Assembly (NCBI GenBank): GCA_965198175.1
Contig: OZ240245.1
Location: 3,840,001 to 3,904,000, forward strand
Direction: 5' to 3'
Origin: Candidatus Poribacteria bacterium
GTDB taxonomy: Bacteria; Poribacteria; WGA-4E; PCPOR2b
DNA: 64,000 nucleotides
Both the position numbers and the translations under genes were made by a program. A model generated the notes under the pieces. The model ran no database searches. It was not told the origin of the DNA and saw nothing but the letters and a program-made list of their open reading frames with translations. Shown in pieces: positions 61,502 through 64,000 of this stretch (position 1 is its first letter; each line of letters begins with the position of its first letter).

Positions 61502-62975
61502 CTACGGCGCCGTCAGCATGGCGGCGAGATCTGCCGGTAACTTAACTCCAGTTTCCCGTTTGAAGTCCGGTACGCTTTCGTAGAAGTAATGAAATACTGT
61601 GATAATATCTATCCCCATGTTCTTGGCATCCGTTAGGTCTCCTCTCGCTTTTTTCCATTCCTTCAGGTGCAACTGCGCTACTCCGCGACCAGCATAAGGC
61701 TCAGCAAGGTCAGGTTTCAGTTCTATCGCTCTGTTATAATCGTCAATTGCATGGTCGATCTTCCCTTTTTTCGTGTACGCATTACCACGATTGTTATATG
61801 CAGCAGCAAGGTCACACTTCAGCTCTATCGTCTTGGTATAGCCTACGATGGCACGGTCAAAATTGCCCTTTTTGGTGTAAGCAACCGCGCGATTGTAATG
61901 TGCCTCAATAAAATCAGGTTTCAGTTGTATCGCCTTGTCATAGTCTTCAATAGCGCGGTCCTCCTCGCCTTTTTCCCGATATGCCGCACCACGATTGCTA
62001 TAAGGCTCGGCATAACTAGGATCGAGCTCTATCGCCTTATTACAGTCTTCGATTGCACGGTCGTACTCGCGTCTGATGCGATAAACCGCCCCGCGATTGT
62101 TGTAAGCTATGGCATAATCCGGTTTCAGTTTAATTGCCATGTTAAAATCTTCAATAGCGCGAACATGATCTCCATTATCACTGTACGCAATACCGCGATT
62201 GTTATAGGCGATCACAAAATCACGATTCAGCGCTATTGCTTTGCTATAGTGCTCAATTGCCTTATCATAATGTTCAAGTTTCGCTTGTGTTTTCATTCTC
62301 CATATCTCCTGCTTGTTGCTGGATTGAACCGACATAAAACTCTATACCGGCAATCTGGTGCATATCCTGATTTCTAATAAATCCATGAAGGTCGTTGTAA
62401 ATAGTGTCTGTAGATATACCGTGATGTTTATGCAGGTAACTTAATATCGGTTGTTTAAGGTGTGCTGGGATAGTGATTACATCGTTTGGCTTAACAAAAC
62501 CTGCGGGTGGTCGAATGAACACACTCTTCTGGGCAATGATACGGTGTCGCGGGTTCTGAGGTGTTCTCTCAACTCGATTTTCGTCCTGCGCTCCTTCTCC
62601 CAATAGAATAACCCTTCCGGGTTTGTCAAAGAAGCGATCGCAGGCAAAGAAAAGGGCTATGTGGCTATCGGTCGTAAAGTCTATAAGATTGGTGTGCCCC
62701 CCATAGTGTTGAAGTTCAGCCCAAATTTCAATTTCCCCTTGTTCGAGGGTGTAGTTTTTAGCAGAGACCAGTATTAGCCCTTCAATAGCCTGTATGTCAA
62801 AGTCCTCGGTCCGCATTTTTTTCTTGCATTCACGCCAAAGGCTTGACGACATGTTTCTATAACGTCTGGGTTCGCCGCGGTAGATGTAGTTACCACTATC
62901 TGATTTTTGTGCTATCTTACCGATGATCCCCAAAATCGCACTTAGATCGTCTTGGGAATTGGATTGATTTTCCAT
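61502..62975 (-). pseudogene. FRG-domain plus TPR protein, split by a frameshift at about 62285-62293 (ORFs 62274..62975 and 61502..62335)
   Basis: FRG: YIYRGE, LQHYGGHTNLIDFT, ALFFAC. TPR: AYNNRG repeats. The ORFs overlap in different frames. Confidence 0.75.
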
Positions 62976-63195
62976 GCTAATGATTTTTCCGCAACGATGG
63001 TCATTTCTTCATTGTTAAGATCGCAGATTGTAAGGGAATTCATCTTCGATTTGATGATCAAAGGTCAGATTTGAGGATGACACGGATTGAAAAAAATCTA
63101 TCTGCTATGGGTTCGTTCCGAAAAAACGCATGTTGTGTTCTTCTCGTGTCAATTTCTGTTTTCATCGCGAACGGGACACGTCAGTCTGTCATCAT

Positions 63196-64000
63196 TCACG
63201 CCTGCGGCGGCGTCAGCATGGCGGCGATGTCTTGCGGAAGATTTATCCCAGTTCCTTCCTCAAAGATGGCGACGCTTGCGTACACGCTATGAAACTCATT
63301 GATGATATTTACGCCCATACGCCTTGCAGCCATCAGGTCTGCTTTAGCATCTAACCACGCTTTCACGTGTAAGCGTGTTATACCGCGGGCAGAATAAGCT
63401 ATTTCATAATCCGATTTTTGGTCTATCACCTTGGTAAAATCGGCAAGGGCACTGCCAAAATCACCTTTACGGTAGAAAGTAACGCCACGAGTGTGATAAA
63501 TTGCGGCGTCATTGGGTCTGAGGGTTACCGCTTGCGTGAAGTCCCCAATGGCACGGTCATGGTTGCCCTTTTTGGCGTAAGCAACCCCGCGATTATAATA
63601 TGTTGTGGCATCGTTGGGTCTGAGGTTTATCGCTTGGGTGTAGTCGTCAATGGCATGGTCAAAATAGCCCTCTTTGGCGTATGCAATACCTCGAGAGCGG
63701 TAGGCTATCTCACCATGGACTCCACGCTCTATTACTTCGGACAAGTCGTTAATAGCGAGTTTGTAGTTACCAATTTTGGCGTAAGCAAGTCCGCGATCTA
63801 GATAGGCTTCGGTGTAACGCGGATTCAACTCTATTGCTCTGTTATGATCAACAATTGCGCGGTCATACTCGCCTTTGCTCCGGTAAGCAACACCGCGACT
63901 CGTATAGGCTTCGGCAAAATCGGGTTTTAGTTCAATCGCTTTCCCATAGTGCTCGATTGCCTTATCGTAATGTTCGATTGCCTTATCATAATGCTCGATT
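63196..64000 (-). CDS. TPR-repeat protein, 5'-partial (probably another FRG-TPR paralog)
   Basis: Frame open to the window end (IEHYDKAIEHYDKAIEHYGKAIELKPDFAEAY...); same C-terminus LPQDIAAMLTPPQA. Confidence 0.88.
   Translation of the reverse strand, partial: IEHYDKAIEHYDKAIEHYGKAIELKPDFAEAYTSRGVAYRSKGEYDRAIVDHNRAIELNPRYTEAYLDRGLAYAKIGNYKLAINDLSEVIERGVHGEIAYRSRGIAYAKEGYFDHAIDDYTQAINLRPNDATTYYNRGVAYAKKGNHDRAIGDFTQAVTLRPNDAAIYHTRGVTFYRKGDFGSALADFTKVIDQKSDYEIAYSARGITRLHVKAWLDAKADLMAARRMGVNIINEFHSVYASVAIFEEGTGINLPQDIAAMLTPPQA

Overview
Bacterial chromosomal window, mostly accessory genes around a translation core (pyrE fragment, selD, pheST, rplT-rpmI-infC, glnS, truA, htpX). It holds seven PhyH-family dioxygenases, secreted WD40 and TolB-like propellers with a shared C-terminal AVEP/VSP..TWG..K motif, and TPR and ankyrin proteins. 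That content suggests a Candidatus Poribacteria-like sponge or marine symbiont (inference, not a database result). Hidden features read from the sequence: selD is a selenoprotein gene (UGA at codon 17), pheS has a complete Phe T-box riboswitch, infC starts at ATT, and an intact IS701-family element with a 5-bp TSD interrupts a small Cys-rich secreted gene downstream of a frameshifted ECF sigma factor. Several families of REP-like palindromes are dispersed through intergenic DNA. The best candidates for an undescribed system are (i) the 57-64 kb block, an orphan PLD-SNF2 helicase bracketed by inverted REP-composite repeats next to a tandem array of (FRG-)TPR cassettes that share a conserved 3' non-coding tail, and (ii) the shared C-terminal putative sorting motif on secreted beta-propeller proteins. 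No rRNA, tRNA or CRISPR array was seen. Identity figures are by-eye estimates.
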